From Polyangiaceae bacterium UTPRO1 (GTDB lineage: Bacteria; Desulfobacterota; Binatia; UTPRO1), in assembly GCA_002050235.1 (NCBI GenBank), contig MWST01000035.1:67693-131692 (forward strand): a stretch of DNA of 64,000 nucleotides, read 5' to 3'. Position numbers and translations under genes: made by a program. This document shows positions 1 to 11,154 of this stretch, piece after piece; the first letter of the stretch is position 1, and each line of letters starts with the position of its first letter. The notes under the pieces were generated by a model, which did not search any database, was not told the DNA's origin, and saw only the letters and a list, made by a program, of their open reading frames with translations.

Positions 1-280
1 CCGCCGCCGTTCAGTAGGAGCGCGTGGAGATGCCCGGGCGCAGGCGGCGGTACGCCCGCCGTCATGGTCCGTACTCCCGGCTCGCCGGCATGCACGACGC
101 AGCCGACCGCCGGGAGCCACAGCGCCAAGAGCAGGAGGACGACACGGCACCCGCGGTCGGTCGGCACGCGCGGACCCTAGCAGAGCGCTGCGAGCGCGAG
201 AATCACGCCTCTCCGACCGCTCGTCGCCACGACTCGGCCTTGCAAACCGGCGACGGGTTGCGGGATGAACGTTCCCCACC

Positions 281-2662
281 ATGGCGACGCCCCGCATCGC
301 GCAACCCGCGCCCGACGAACCGGCCTGGCCTGACGTCGAACGCCGCCCGATCGTATTCCTGCTCGACGCCGCGAGCCGCCTCGAGCGGCGCGCGCTCGAG
401 CACTGGATCGGTGCGCATCGGCCGCAGGGCGGAAGTGCGAGCGACATCGAGATGCTCCCGGTCCCGTCGGCGCGGGGAAGGAAACGCAAGCTCGACCCCA
501 AGCTCGAAGCCCGCTTCGCGACCGGCGACGATCCGCTGCTGGCGCCGCTCCGCGTCGCCTGGCTGCCGCCGCGCATCGACGGCGTCCATCGCACTCGCCT
601 GCGCGACCTCCTCTCGACGGGCGATCCGCGCGATCCCGGCATCCTCCGCCAATGGTGGGTGCGGCGCCGCCATCCCGAGCGCTGCCGCGTGGTGGCCGGC
701 AAGCCGGCGCCGCTCTCGCAGCTACGCGACCGCTGGCAACGGGCCTGCGGGACCGACGCGGCGCAGACGACCGGGCTTGCCGACTTCGTGGCTCTCCAGG
801 CCACCCTCGCCCTCGAACGCGCCGAGCGGCGCCTGCGCGGGACGCGCTACAAAGTGCCGCGCTTCGTCCGCGAGAACATCGAGGCGCGTCCGGCCTTCCG
901 GGGCGGCATCGCCCGCCTCGCCCGCGAGCGCGGCAAGTCCGAAGACAAGATCGCGAGGGAGGCGTCCCGGTATCTCCGCGAGATAGCCGCGACCCACAGC
1001 CCGTACATCATCGACCTCACCGCCCACCTGATCCACCTCATCTACACCCGCGGCTACGGCGAAGCCCTGCACTACGACCAGGGGAAGCTCGAGGAGCTCT
1101 ATGCTCTCGCGCAGCGGCACCCGGTAGTGTTCCTGCCGTCGCACAAGTCGAACCTCGACCACCTCGTGCTCCAGTACGCGCTCCACGAGAACGGCCATCC
1201 TCCGAATCACACCGCCGGCGGCATCAACATGAACTTCTTTCCGGTGGGTCCGCTCGTGCGGCGCAGCGGCGTGTTCTTCATCCGCCGCAGCTTCAAGGAC
1301 AACCCGGTCTACAAGTTCGTCCTCCGCCAGTACATCGACTACCTGATCGAAAAGCGCTTCTCGCTCGAGTGGTACATAGAGGGCGGCCGCTCCCGCTCCG
1401 GAAAGCTCCTGCCGCCGATGTTCGGGATGCTGCACTACGTGGTCGACGCCTACCGGCGCGGCAAGAGCGACGACGTCTACCTCATTCCGGTCGCGATCGC
1501 GTACGACCAGATCCAGGACGTCGGCGCCTACGTCGCCGAGCAGCGCGGCGGCGCCAAGTCGCGCGAGAGCTTCGGGTGGTTCGTCGGCTTCGTGCGCCAA
1601 CTCCGGCGCCGCTACGGCGACATCCACATCAGGTTCGGCGAACCGGTGTCGTTGCAGGCGCAGATCGGTCCGCCCCAGCCCGGCAGCGAGCCGCAGGACG
1701 ACGAGCAGAATCTCCAGCTCCAGAAGCTCGCCTTCGAGGTGGCGAACCGCATCAACAAAGTGACGCCGATCACGCCGACCTCGCTGGTGACCATGGCGCT
1801 CCTCGGCGGCGGCGGACGCGCCTTCACGGTCCCGGAGATCCTGCGCGGCATGACCAACCTTCTGGCTTACGTGCGGCGCCGCGGACTCCCGACCACCGGC
1901 GACCTGAACCTCGACGACGCGACCGGCCTGCAGCGCGCCCTCGACACGCTCGTCGACAGCAAAGTGGTGACCGCCTACACGGCCGGCCTCGACACCGTCT
2001 ACCAGATCGCCCCGGAGCAGGAGCCGACCGCGGCCTACTACCGCAACACCATCATCCACTTCTTCGTCAACGGCGCGATCGCCGAGCTGGCTCTGCTCGC
2101 GACGGCGGAGCGCGAAGGCGAGCCTCGCACCCGTTTCTGGGATGCCGCGATGGCGCTACGCGACCTCATGAAGTTCGAGTTCTTCTTCGCCGAGAAAGAC
2201 GCCTTCCGCGCCGAGATCGACGCCGAGCTCCGCCTCCACGACCCCGACTGGGAGCACGCGCTGGCGCGGGCGCGACCCGGAATCGAGCAGCTGATCCGCC
2301 GCATCCGCCCGTTCAGCGCCCACCGTGTGCTGCGACCGTTCCTCGAGTCGTACCGCGTCGTCGCCGACGGACTCGCACGCCGCGATCCCGCCGCCACCTT
2401 CGACGAGTCCTCGTTCATCGCCCAGAGCCTGGCGCTCGCGCAACAGTACCAGCTGCAGCGCCGCGTCCACTCCGGCGAGTCGGTATCCAAAGTGCTGTTC
2501 GCGACCGCGCTCCGCCTCGCCCGCAACCGCAAGCTCCTCGATCCGGGGCCCGGCGTCGACGAGCGCCGGCAGAAGTTCGCCGTCGAGATCCGCGACGCCC
2601 TCCGCCGCGTCGACGCAATAAGCGCTCTCGCCCAGGCGCGGCGCGTAGGACTGATCGACTGA
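281..2662 (+). CDS. plsB: glycerol-3-phosphate acyltransferase (PlsB type)
   Basis: 793-aa ORF. It has the acyltransferase H(X)4D box HKSNLDHLVL plus FFIRRSF and EGGRSRSGKL blocks. Size matches PlsB of about 800 aa. Confidence 0.85.
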   Translation: MATPRIAQPAPDEPAWPDVERRPIVFLLDAASRLERRALEHWIGAHRPQGGSASDIEMLPVPSARGRKRKLDPKLEARFATGDDPLLAPLRVAWLPPRIDGVHRTRLRDLLSTGDPRDPGILRQWWVRRRHPERCRVVAGKPAPLSQLRDRWQRACGTDAAQTTGLADFVALQATLALERAERRLRGTRYKVPRFVRENIEARPAFRGGIARLARERGKSEDKIAREASRYLREIAATHSPYIIDLTAHLIHLIYTRGYGEALHYDQGKLEELYALAQRHPVVFLPSHKSNLDHLVLQYALHENGHPPNHTAGGINMNFFPVGPLVRRSGVFFIRRSFKDNPVYKFVLRQYIDYLIEKRFSLEWYIEGGRSRSGKLLPPMFGMLHYVVDAYRRGKSDDVYLIPVAIAYDQIQDVGAYVAEQRGGAKSRESFGWFVGFVRQLRRRYGDIHIRFGEPVSLQAQIGPPQPGSEPQDDEQNLQLQKLAFEVANRINKVTPITPTSLVTMALLGGGGRAFTVPEILRGMTNLLAYVRRRGLPTTGDLNLDDATGLQRALDTLVDSKVVTAYTAGLDTVYQIAPEQEPTAAYYRNTIIHFFVNGAIAELALLATAEREGEPRTRFWDAAMALRDLMKFEFFFAEKDAFRAEIDAELRLHDPDWEHALARARPGIEQLIRRIRPFSAHRVLRPFLESYRVVADGLARRDPAATFDESSFIAQSLALAQQYQLQRRVHSGESVSKVLFATALRLARNRKLLDPGPGVDERRQKFAVEIRDALRRVDAISALAQARRVGLID

Positions 2663-2778
2663 CACCGCCGCCGCGACCAGGCCGCCGGCGCTGCCGCGCG
2701 CCGCTCCGGCCGCGCCCGGGAGCGCCGATCGTCGCGCTGCTGCACCCGCCGCGCAGCGCCGACATCCCCGGAATCGCG

Positions 2779-4446
2779 ATGCGGCGGCTGACGCCCTGGG
2801 TGCTCGGCGCCACGCTGCTGCTGCTCGTCCTGACGCCATTGCCGACGCCGGCGGCGGCGGCGACGACGATCGCCGCCGCCATCGGCGATCTGGTGCCGGC
2901 TCTCGGCGCCGATGCGGCGAGGGGCGACGGCGCCCTGGTGGCCCACCTCTACGCGACGCGCGGCTACGCTCCGCTCTGGCTCGACGACGGCCGTCCGAAC
3001 CACCGCGCCCACGACCTGATCGCCGCGCTCGGCGACGCGGCGGCGCACGGACTCGATGCCGCCGACTACGATGCCGCCGGGCTCGCCGACGCGGTCGCCA
3101 GGGCCGAAAGCGCACCGCCCCGCACCGCGGCCGAGGCGGCGCGCCTCGAGGTCGCGCTCGGCACCGCCGCGGTCCGCTTGCTGCACGACCTCCACCGCGG
3201 CCGCGTCGACCCGGCGGCGCTCGGCGTCGACTACGACCAGCAAGGAAAGCAGGCCCGGCTCATCGCCTTGAGCGAAGAGCTAGCGGGCGGCACCCCGGTG
3301 GCGACGGTCGTCGACGACGCCGTCCCGCCGCTGCGCGAGAACCTCCTGCTCGAACGCCAGCTCGCCCGCTACCGCGCCCTCGCCGCGGCCGCGGAGAAAG
3401 CGCCGCCGCAGGACGCCGCCGCATTGGCGCCGGTCGTCGTCGCCGGCACGCTCCGCCCCGGCGACCGCTTCGCCGCTGCCGCTCGACTCGCGCGCTGGCT
3501 CGCCGCGGTCGGCGACCTCGACGTCGAGGCCGTCGCCGCCGTCGCCGACCGCTACGAAGGCGTCCTCGTCGGCGCCGTGCAGCGCTTCCAATCGCGTCAC
3601 GGCCTCGCCGCCGACGGCGTGATCGGCCCGGCGACGGCGGCGGCGCTAGCAGTGCCGCTCGCCGTCCGCCGGCGCCAGATCGAGCTCGCGCTCGAGCGCC
3701 TGCGCTGGCTGCCGCTGCTGGCACGTGATCGTGCCGTGATCGCGAACGTCCCGGGCTTCGAGGCGCTGGCCTTCGACGCGATCGGCACGGCGCGCCTGCC
3801 GGCCCTGCGCATGCCGATCATCGCCGGGCGGGCCTTCCGCACCGAGACCCCCTTCTTCTCGCGGCCGATGACGCAAGTCGTGTTCGCTCCCTACTGGAAC
3901 GTCCCGACCAGCATCGTCCGCAAGGAGCAGCTGCCGAAGATCCGGCGCGATCCCGGCTATCTCGCGCGCGAGCAGATGCAGATCGTACGCGCCGGCCGCG
4001 TGCTCACACCCGGTCCGGCGGCGATCGCCGAGCTCGCGAACGGCGCCGCCGAGCTCCGCCAGCGGCCGGGCGCGAAGAACGCGCTCGGGCGCGTGAAGTT
4101 CCTCTTTCCGAACCCCTATGACGTCTACATGCACGACACGCCGGCCCGCGAGCTCTTCACGCGCGCCCGCCGCGACTTCAGCCATGGCTGCATCCGCCTC
4201 GGCGACGCCGCCGCCATGGCGCACTGGGTGCTCGGCGGCGAAGGCTTGGCACCGGAACGAATCGACGCACTGCTGGCGGCGACCGAACAGACGATCGTGC
4301 CGCTCCGCCGGCCGATCACGGTGGTCATCGCCTACGCCACCGCGGTCGCGCGGGCCGACGAGACGATCGCCTTCTACGACGATGTCTACGGCCACGACCT
4401 CGAGCTCGAGCAAGCGCTCGCGGCGCGCCGACGGCCTCGCTACTGA
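2779..4446 (+). CDS. L,D-transpeptidase with peptidoglycan-binding domain (YcbB-like)
   Basis: In-frame ATG at 2779 inside the artefactual 652..4446 ORF gives signal peptide MRRLTPWVLGATLLLLVLTPLPTPAAA. PG-binding motif QRFQSRHGLAADGVIGPATAAAL. YkuD catalytic motif HDTP...FSHGCIRL. Confidence 0.85.
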   Translation: MRRLTPWVLGATLLLLVLTPLPTPAAAATTIAAAIGDLVPALGADAARGDGALVAHLYATRGYAPLWLDDGRPNHRAHDLIAALGDAAAHGLDAADYDAAGLADAVARAESAPPRTAAEAARLEVALGTAAVRLLHDLHRGRVDPAALGVDYDQQGKQARLIALSEELAGGTPVATVVDDAVPPLRENLLLERQLARYRALAAAAEKAPPQDAAALAPVVVAGTLRPGDRFAAAARLARWLAAVGDLDVEAVAAVADRYEGVLVGAVQRFQSRHGLAADGVIGPATAAALAVPLAVRRRQIELALERLRWLPLLARDRAVIANVPGFEALAFDAIGTARLPALRMPIIAGRAFRTETPFFSRPMTQVVFAPYWNVPTSIVRKEQLPKIRRDPGYLAREQMQIVRAGRVLTPGPAAIAELANGAAELRQRPGAKNALGRVKFLFPNPYDVYMHDTPARELFTRARRDFSHGCIRLGDAAAMAHWVLGGEGLAPERIDALLAATEQTIVPLRRPITVVIAYATAVARADETIAFYDDVYGHDLELEQALAARRRPRY

Positions 4447-5108
4447 CGCTCTGCGCGCGCCAGGCGCGGCGCGGCGCCGCCGACGTACACGACGCTGCCG
4501 TCGCGAATGCTCTCGATGAGCGGCCGGGCCACCGCGGGATCGATCGCCGGGCAGCCGAAGCTCCGCCCGACGCGCCCGCCCCAGGTCGCCCGAAACGCCG
4601 CGCCTACGTAGTCGGCGGGGTGCATGACGATGCGGCGTTCACGCGCCTTGTCGTTGACGCCGGGATCGAGCCCGATCAGCTCGAGCGACTGCCCGTGCTT
4701 GCCGCGGTAGGTGTTGCCGGTGAGGAACGCGCCGAGGCTCGAGCGCAGGCTCGCGGCCTCGTTTCCGAAGCGAACCGCCCGATCGGGATCGTCTGCGGTC
4801 GTCGAGCCGCGCCCGTGGGCCACGAACTCGTGGAAGAGGACGCGCAGGTGCGCCGGGTCGAGCACCCAGAGACGGCGTTCCCGCGACGGCAGCGAGTAGT
4901 CGATGACCGTGAGGAGCCGCCGTCGCAGGAGCCCCGCGCTCTCGACGCGCCGATAGGCCGCGAGCGCACGCTGGAGGAGCTCGGACCGCGGCAACGCGAC
5001 GTCGCTGCCGGCGGCGTGAACCGGGCTCACCCCCATGCCTCCCACCACGAGCGCCGTCGCGAGTCCGAGGCGCCGGACGACCTGCAACCCCCGCACGGTG
5101 CACTCCAT
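4440..5108 (-). CDS. L,D-transpeptidase catalytic-domain family protein (YkuD_2-like), secreted
   Basis: Start taken at MECTVRG (ATG 5106-5108); an alternative ATG lies at 5147. Hydrophobic N-terminus. Motifs VAHGRGS, SSLGAFLTGNTYRGKHGQSLEL, RIVMHPADYV and GRSFGCPAI match my memory of the YkuD_2 family. Confidence 0.7.
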   Translation of the reverse strand: MECTVRGLQVVRRLGLATALVVGGMGVSPVHAAGSDVALPRSELLQRALAAYRRVESAGLLRRRLLTVIDYSLPSRERRLWVLDPAHLRVLFHEFVAHGRGSTTADDPDRAVRFGNEAASLRSSLGAFLTGNTYRGKHGQSLELIGLDPGVNDKARERRIVMHPADYVGAAFRATWGGRVGRSFGCPAIDPAVARPLIESIRDGSVVYVGGAAPRLARAERQ

Positions 5109-5166
5109 AGGCGATTTCCGCCCCCCGTAGCAACGAGGAAACGACATCGGTCGCTGTCGCCGTCCG

Positions 5167-6231
<1,065 letters not shown>

Positions 6232-6262
6232 GCGCCGACACTATGCCGGAAGCGCACCGCCG

Positions 6263-6724
6263 TCACTTGACGGCTTTCGATTGCCCCGCCTTCTTCAGCG
6301 GAATCGGTCCGGGACGCGTCGCAACAGGCACCTCGGCGTGGTCGACGAGGTAGCGGTCGGCGATGGCGACCGCCTGGCGCTTGCGATCGGGCATCTCGAT
6401 CAGCACGTCGACGACGCGCTCCCAGCGCGGCCGATCGGCGCCCGCAAGCTCGAAGAGGTCGATGGCGAGATCGATGTCCTTGGTCCTCAGAGCCTTGTCG
6501 CCGCGGGTCACGAGCTGGTCGCTCGGGATCGGCACGTGGCCTAGCTCGCAGACCCGCACCATGTCCTGGATGCGGCCACGCTCGAGCAGCTTGTCGCGGA
6601 GGAGGCTCCAGTCCGCCGTGGCGACTACGTCGGCGTTGCGAGAGAAGAGCTCGAGCGCCTGGTCCAGGTAGCCGCGCGTCAGATAGCGCCGGCCGACCAG
6701 GACGTCCGCTTGCTTCGAGGGCAT
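6263..6724 (-). CDS. hypothetical protein
   Basis: Internal ATG (6722-6724) of ORF 6263..6895 gives 153 aa starting MPSKQADVLVG. The N-terminal extension in the track is Arg/Cys-rich and looks non-coding. Same strand as hisC and directly upstream of it. No recognisable family. Confidence 0.45.
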   Translation of the reverse strand: MPSKQADVLVGRRYLTRGYLDQALELFSRNADVVATADWSLLRDKLLERGRIQDMVRVCELGHVPIPSDQLVTRGDKALRTKDIDLAIDLFELAGADRPRWERVVDVLIEMPDRKRQAVAIADRYLVDHAEVPVATRPGPIPLKKAGQSKAVK

Positions 6725-6927
6725 GAGGCGAAACCTCCTTCGCGCAGCAGGCGCCGCGCACGCCAGAAGGTAGAGCGGGGCGGTGCGGCATACAAGACGA
6801 AAGATCGCCGCCGGCGGGTCGCCGGCGCGGGCGCCTCGGGCGCGCACGCCATCGCATTCCCGTTGGCACGATCCACTCCAGCACGTTGAATTCACGATCC
6901 TTCTGCGATAACGCCGGCCCGTCGCCC

Positions 6928-7803
6928 ATGGCCTCCCAGAAAAACCGCGCCATCGTCTCCATCGTCGGCCGCGACCAGAAGGGCGTGGTCGCCCGCGTCT
7001 CCGCCTACCTCGCAGGCTGCAACATCAACATCGAGGACATCGAGCAACGCGTGATGGAGGGCCTCTTCATCATGACGATGCGGGTCGATCTGACCGACCT
7101 CGCGCCGTCGCTCGACGAGATGGTCCTCGGCCTCAAGAAGATCGGCGAGGACATGAACATGGAGGTGAGCGTCCGCCTCCACAGCGTCCGCGACCGCAAA
7201 CGGGTAGCCGTGCTGGTCAGCAGGGAGCCGCACTGCCTCGAGCAGTTGATCGCCGACCGCAGCGCCGGGCTACTGAACGGCGACCTGGTCACGGTCCTCT
7301 CGAATCACGAGATCCTCCGACCGATAGCCGAGCGCGCCGGGCTGCCGTTCGAGTCGTTTCCGTCGACCGACAAGCCCGCTCACGAGGCCTTCCTGCTCGC
7401 GAAGCTTCGCGAAGCACGCGCCGACTATGTAGTGCTCGCACGCTACATGCAGGTGCTGACTGCCGATGTGGTGCGGCAGTACCAGAACCGCATCATCAAC
7501 ATTCATCCGTCGCTGCTGCCCTATTATCCGGGAGCGAATGCCTACAAGCAGGCTTTCGAGGAGGGCGTGCGGGTCTCCGGCTGCACGGCGCACTTCGTCA
7601 CCGAGCAGCTCGACCAGGGTCCCGTGATCCTGCAAGACGTCTTCCACATCCGGGTCGGCGAAGACACGCTGGACGACGTGAAGCAACGCGGCCAGGCGCT
7701 CGAGGGCAAGGTGCTCTCGCAAGCGCTGCAGTTGGTCTTGAACGAGCAGCTCGTCGTCACCGACAAGAAGGTGCTCTTCCGACCAGGGCGTCTTCCCGCC
7801 TGA
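6928..7803 (+). CDS. purU: formyltetrahydrofolate deformylase
   Basis: N-terminal ACT-like segment (IVSIVGRDQKGVVARVSAYLAGCNINI). Formyltransferase core IINIHPSLLP...GCTAHFVTEQLDQGPVILQ. ATG at 6928. Confidence 0.8.
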   Translation: MASQKNRAIVSIVGRDQKGVVARVSAYLAGCNINIEDIEQRVMEGLFIMTMRVDLTDLAPSLDEMVLGLKKIGEDMNMEVSVRLHSVRDRKRVAVLVSREPHCLEQLIADRSAGLLNGDLVTVLSNHEILRPIAERAGLPFESFPSTDKPAHEAFLLAKLREARADYVVLARYMQVLTADVVRQYQNRIINIHPSLLPYYPGANAYKQAFEEGVRVSGCTAHFVTEQLDQGPVILQDVFHIRVGEDTLDDVKQRGQALEGKVLSQALQLVLNEQLVVTDKKVLFRPGRLPA

Positions 7804-7810
7804 GGCGGGC

Positions 7811-8134
7811 GTGGCGACGGCGCTGCTCTTCGCAACGGTCGTGCTGGTGACGGCCGTCGTGTGGGCCGGACGCGGCATCGGACGGCGCCGGGCGCGAGCT
7901 GCGATCCGCCGCGGTCCGGGCGCATCGCTAGCGGAAGCCATCGCCGTGTCGTCCTTCGACACCATCGACGAGACGATCGCCGCGCGGCGCTGCCACTGCG
8001 GCGCCGGCGTCCACGCGGTCGGCGAGGGCGCTCGCGACCTCGACGGCCGCCGCTTTCGCTACGCGCGCGTCGAGTGCGACGCCTGCGAGGACGAGCAGGT
8101 GCTCTACTTCGACGTCACTACGATCTTCCACTGA
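7811..8134 (+). CDS. small membrane-anchored protein with CxC...CxxC zinc-ribbon-like motif
   Basis: GTG start, 107 aa. N-terminal TM helix ATALLFATVVLVTAVVWAG. Cys pairs CHCG and ECDAC. High third-position GC in this frame. Confidence 0.4.
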   Translation: MATALLFATVVLVTAVVWAGRGIGRRRARAAIRRGPGASLAEAIAVSSFDTIDETIAARRCHCGAGVHAVGEGARDLDGRRFRYARVECDACEDEQVLYFDVTTIFH

Positions 8135-8187
8135 CGGAGCTCCGCCCCCCGCTCCGCCGCCCCCGCCTCGAAGACGCCGCTGTCGGC

Positions 8188-8493
8188 TCAACCGAGCGCC
8201 GCGCGCAAACGCGCGGCGACATTGGCTGCGATGGCCCCGGCGCCGTTCGCCGCATCGACGAGCGCAGCATACGCAAGTGCCGTCATGCTCACCGCGGCGA
8301 ACGCGAGCGCCGACGGCAGCCCGGGATGAATGCCGAACGGCAGCGACGGCGCGCGCCGCCCGTACACGAGGCGGAGGCGAGGTCGATCGGGCGCCATTGC
8401 GGCACGGCAGCGGCGGAGCCGCGCCTGGCGACCAAGGGCGCGCACGCCGTGCAGCGTCCGTCGCCGTCGATCCGGATCGTCGGAGTGCGACAT
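8188..8493 (-). CDS. hypothetical small protein (weak call)
   Basis: High GC3 in this frame, and the C-terminal half is hydrophobic/Ala-rich. An internal ATG at 8397 is an alternative start. No family recognised. Confidence 0.25.
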   Translation of the reverse strand: MSHSDDPDRRRRTLHGVRALGRQARLRRCRAAMAPDRPRLRLVYGRRAPSLPFGIHPGLPSALAFAAVSMTALAYAALVDAANGAGAIAANVAARLRAALG

Positions 8494-8646
8494 CGCGAAT
8501 CCGAGGTCAGCAAGGCCGATGCCACGCGCCTGAGTCGACGATGGCGCATTCGCGCAGCGCCCATCCGCAGGCGGCGCCGCGCTACTGCGCTACGAATGTG
8601 ACGCTGCGTTTGCGAATCGACGACCGCGAGCGCAAGGATCCCGGCG

Positions 8647-9726
8647 ATGCGCATCGCCGCCGGCCGTCTCTTCGCTCTATTCTCGTACGATGTCGCCTAC
8701 GAGATCGATCTGGGGCGCCTACGCACGACGAGTCCCGCCGCGGCGGCGAACGACGGCCGCCGCAACCATGCACCGCCGCGCGTGCAGTATCCGTCGCCCG
8801 CGGCGACGCTGGCGCTGCGCTCACGACCGGTAGCACTGGCCGGCCGCCGGATCGAAGCCGAGGTGACGCTCCGCGCCCACGAATTCGGCGCCGTCACCAT
8901 CGTGCTGGCCCTGCCCTTCGACGGCGTCGACTGCACGGCGTTGCCGGCGCTCATGGCGCATCTGACGACGGACGACACGCTCGCGGGGGCGGCGCGCGCC
9001 GCCCTCGACGATGCGCTCGCGCAGTTGGCGCCGGCGGTCACCCGCCCCGCCGCCGGCAGCTACATGGTCGAGGACTACTACGTCATCCAGGTCTCGCGCT
9101 TCGATCCCGGCGTCGACGCGCCGGCGCTCCTCGGAACGCACCGTGACCTGCTCGCGCGCATCGTGCACTGCGAGCCGCAGCCGCTCTCGCCGAGCGAGGG
9201 CGACGAGGTGCTGCGCACGGCCGTCACCTATCACCCGCACGACCTCGTCGTCACCGACTGGAACGTCGCGCTGGTCTTCGACGAGGAATGGGAGGACGCG
9301 CTCGACGTCCTCGAGCTCTTGAACGTACAGCTGCTCGAGCTGCGCTTCCTCGACGCGATGCTCGACCACAGGATCGGGGAGCTCTACGAGCACCTGAGCC
9401 GGCCGCACCGGTTCTTCTCGTTCCGCCGCGAGGTCGTACGGGTGCGCGAGCTCGCGGAGCTGCGGCTCGACACCGCCACGCTGCGTGAGCGGCTCGTGAA
9501 CGCGGTGAAGCTCGTCGGCGACCTCTACCTCACCAAGATCTACGCACGTACTGCCGAGCGCCTCCACCTCGGCGAATGGCAGCGCAGCATCGACGGCAAG
9601 CTCGAGCTCGTGCAGAAGATCGCCGACGTGCTCTCGAGCCGGGCCGCGACGGCGCGCGCCGAGATCCTCGAGGTGACTATCATCCTCCTGATCGCGCTCG
9701 AGATCGTGCTGTTCTTCGTGCGTTGA
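8647..9726 (+). CDS. RMD1/YagE (DUF155) family protein
   Basis: 359 aa. The C-terminal pattern W..SIDGKLELVQKIADVL...EILEVTIILLIALEIVLFFV (helix plus a single C-terminal TM) matches my memory of DUF155. Confidence 0.6.
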   Translation: MRIAAGRLFALFSYDVAYEIDLGRLRTTSPAAAANDGRRNHAPPRVQYPSPAATLALRSRPVALAGRRIEAEVTLRAHEFGAVTIVLALPFDGVDCTALPALMAHLTTDDTLAGAARAALDDALAQLAPAVTRPAAGSYMVEDYYVIQVSRFDPGVDAPALLGTHRDLLARIVHCEPQPLSPSEGDEVLRTAVTYHPHDLVVTDWNVALVFDEEWEDALDVLELLNVQLLELRFLDAMLDHRIGELYEHLSRPHRFFSFRREVVRVRELAELRLDTATLRERLVNAVKLVGDLYLTKIYARTAERLHLGEWQRSIDGKLELVQKIADVLSSRAATARAEILEVTIILLIALEIVLFFVR

Positions 9727-9774
9727 CGGCAACTGCGCTCTCCCGAGCTCGGAATGCCGAGCGGGCCCGCGTCC

Positions 9775-11154
9775 TCAGCGCCCGGTACCGACCCGGTCGA
9801 TCCGCTGGATCGCCGCTCGCAGCTCGGCGCGCTCGGGAGCGTTCTCCGACGCCAGCTCGAGCGCCTTCTCGTAGGCGCTGCGCGCGCGCGCGAGATCCGC
9901 ACGGAGCTCGAACGCCCGGCCGAGGTGCGCCCACTGTCCGCGCTCGTCGCCGTTCTTGCTGGCGCATTCGGCGAGACCGTACTCGGCGTCGTCGAGCTCG
10001 GGGTCGATCGCGAGCGCACGCGTGAAGAGCGCGCCCGCGCGCTTCCGCTCCCCGCCCGCGAGCGCGAGCTTGCCGAGCTCCAGCGACAGCGCGGCGTCGT
10101 CGGGCGCGAGCCGGAGCGCCGCTTCGAAGCTTTGCCGCGCGCCGTCGCTGTGGCCGAGCCGCGCCTGAGCGCGTCCGAGATCTCCGAGCGCCCCCGGCAC
10201 CTTTGCGGCAGCAGCCCGCACCAGCAGCGGCTCCGCCTCGTCGGGACGCGACGGCGCGGCGTACAGGAGAACGAGCCCCAGCCGGTGCGCCGCTGCTGCG
10301 TCGTCCGGCGCCGCGGCGGCCGCGGCGCGATATGCCGGCAGCACCGCGCTCGCGGAGTCGGTCAGGGCCCGGATCGTCGCCTGCGCGGCGGCCAGCCGAA
10401 GCTCGCCGCCCGGGCGCGGCGCCGGACGCGGCAGGGAGGACAGGCGCTGTTCGAGCGCGGCGACGCGGTCCTCGGTGAGGGGATGCGACAGGAAATAGGG
10501 CGGCACGCCGGCCGGATTCAACCGCTGCTCGCGCAGCACGCCGCGGAGGAACGCCGGCATCCCGGCGGGGTCGAAGCCCGCCGGCGCCATCAGCTCCAGG
10601 CCAACGGCGTCGGCCTCCTGCTCGAACTCGCGCTGGTACTTGAGCTGCGCAGCGGCGCCGGCCGCGAGTGCGCCGGCGCCGAGCGCCGGGTGCACGATCG
10701 AGAGGAACATACCGAGGAGCGTCCCGTAGCCGATGAGCGCGGTCTTCTCCTGCTGGCGCGCCGCATGATGGGCGGCGACGTGCACCAGCTCATGCGCCAA
10801 CACGCCGGCGAGCTCGGCTTCGTTCGCGACCCCGAGTACGAGGCCGCTGTGCACGTAGACGTAGCCGCCGGGCACCGCGAAGGCGTTCAGGCTGGCGTCG
10901 CGTACTACGTAATAGCGGTACGGGGAGCTCGCGCCGTCGAGCCGGGCGGCGAGCTTGGAGCCGACGTCGCGCAGATAGCCGGTCACGGCCGGCTCCCGCA
11001 CCAGTGCTAGCTGGACGCGGGCTTCGAGCGCGAAGCGGGCGCCGAGCGCCTGCTCCTCGGCGAGTCCGACCGCGCCGGCGCGCAGCGGCGCCAGCACGGC
11101 GGCGATCGCGAGCACGAGCGCGGCGCCGCGCGCCGCGCGCCGCCGCGGCGTCAT
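9775..11154 (-). CDS. M48 family metalloprotease with TPR repeats (BepA/YfgC-like)
   Basis: Signal peptide, [12 protein letters not shown], zinc motif [10 protein letters not shown], and a C-terminal Ala/Leu-rich TPR-like region. Its start overlaps the hemB stop by ATGA (11151-11154). Confidence 0.8.
   Translation of the reverse strand: MTPRRRAARGAALVLAIAAVLAPLRAGAVGLAEEQALGARFALEARVQLALVREPAVTGYLRDVGSKLAARLDGASSPYRYYVVRDASLNAFAVPGGYVYVHSGLVLGVANEAELAGVLAHELVHVAAHHAARQQEKTALIGYGTLLGMFLSIVHPALGAGALAAGAAAQLKYQREFEQEADAVGLELMAPAGFDPAGMPAFLRGVLREQRLNPAGVPPYFLSHPLTEDRVAALEQRLSSLPRPAPRPGGELRLAAAQATIRALTDSASAVLPAYRAAAAAAPDDAAAAHRLGLVLLYAAPSRPDEAEPLLVRAAAAKVPGALGDLGRAQARLGHSDGARQSFEAALRLAPDDAALSLELGKLALAGGERKRAGALFTRALAIDPELDDAEYGLAECASKNGDERGQWAHLGRAFELRADLARARSAYEKALELASENAPERAELRAAIQRIDRVGTGR

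Noticed and set aside
1-167. Possible start of a minus-strand gene running off the left edge (GTG 165-167; VPTDRGCRVVLLLLALWLPAVGCVV...)
   Set aside because: Only ~55 codons are visible. The hydrophobic stretch is signal-like, but the LPAVGC lipobox is imperfect. There is too little sequence to support a call.
652-4446. 1264-aa ORF spanning plsB and the L,D-transpeptidase gene
   Set aside because: The first ~700 codons are an Arg/Pro/Ala-rich shadow frame of plsB with no motifs. Only the 3' 555 codons, from ATG 2779, encode a plausible protein with a signal peptide, PG-binding domain and YkuD domain.
6725-6927. Looked for a ZTP (pfl) riboswitch upstream of purU, and for sigma70/sigma54 promoters
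   Set aside because: The conserved core strings I recall for ZTP (ACUGGCG ... CCGCCUGGGC) are absent. TGGCAC at about 6864 lacks the downstream TTGC element. The TTGAAT/GATAAC pair has a short spacer and leaves almost no leader.
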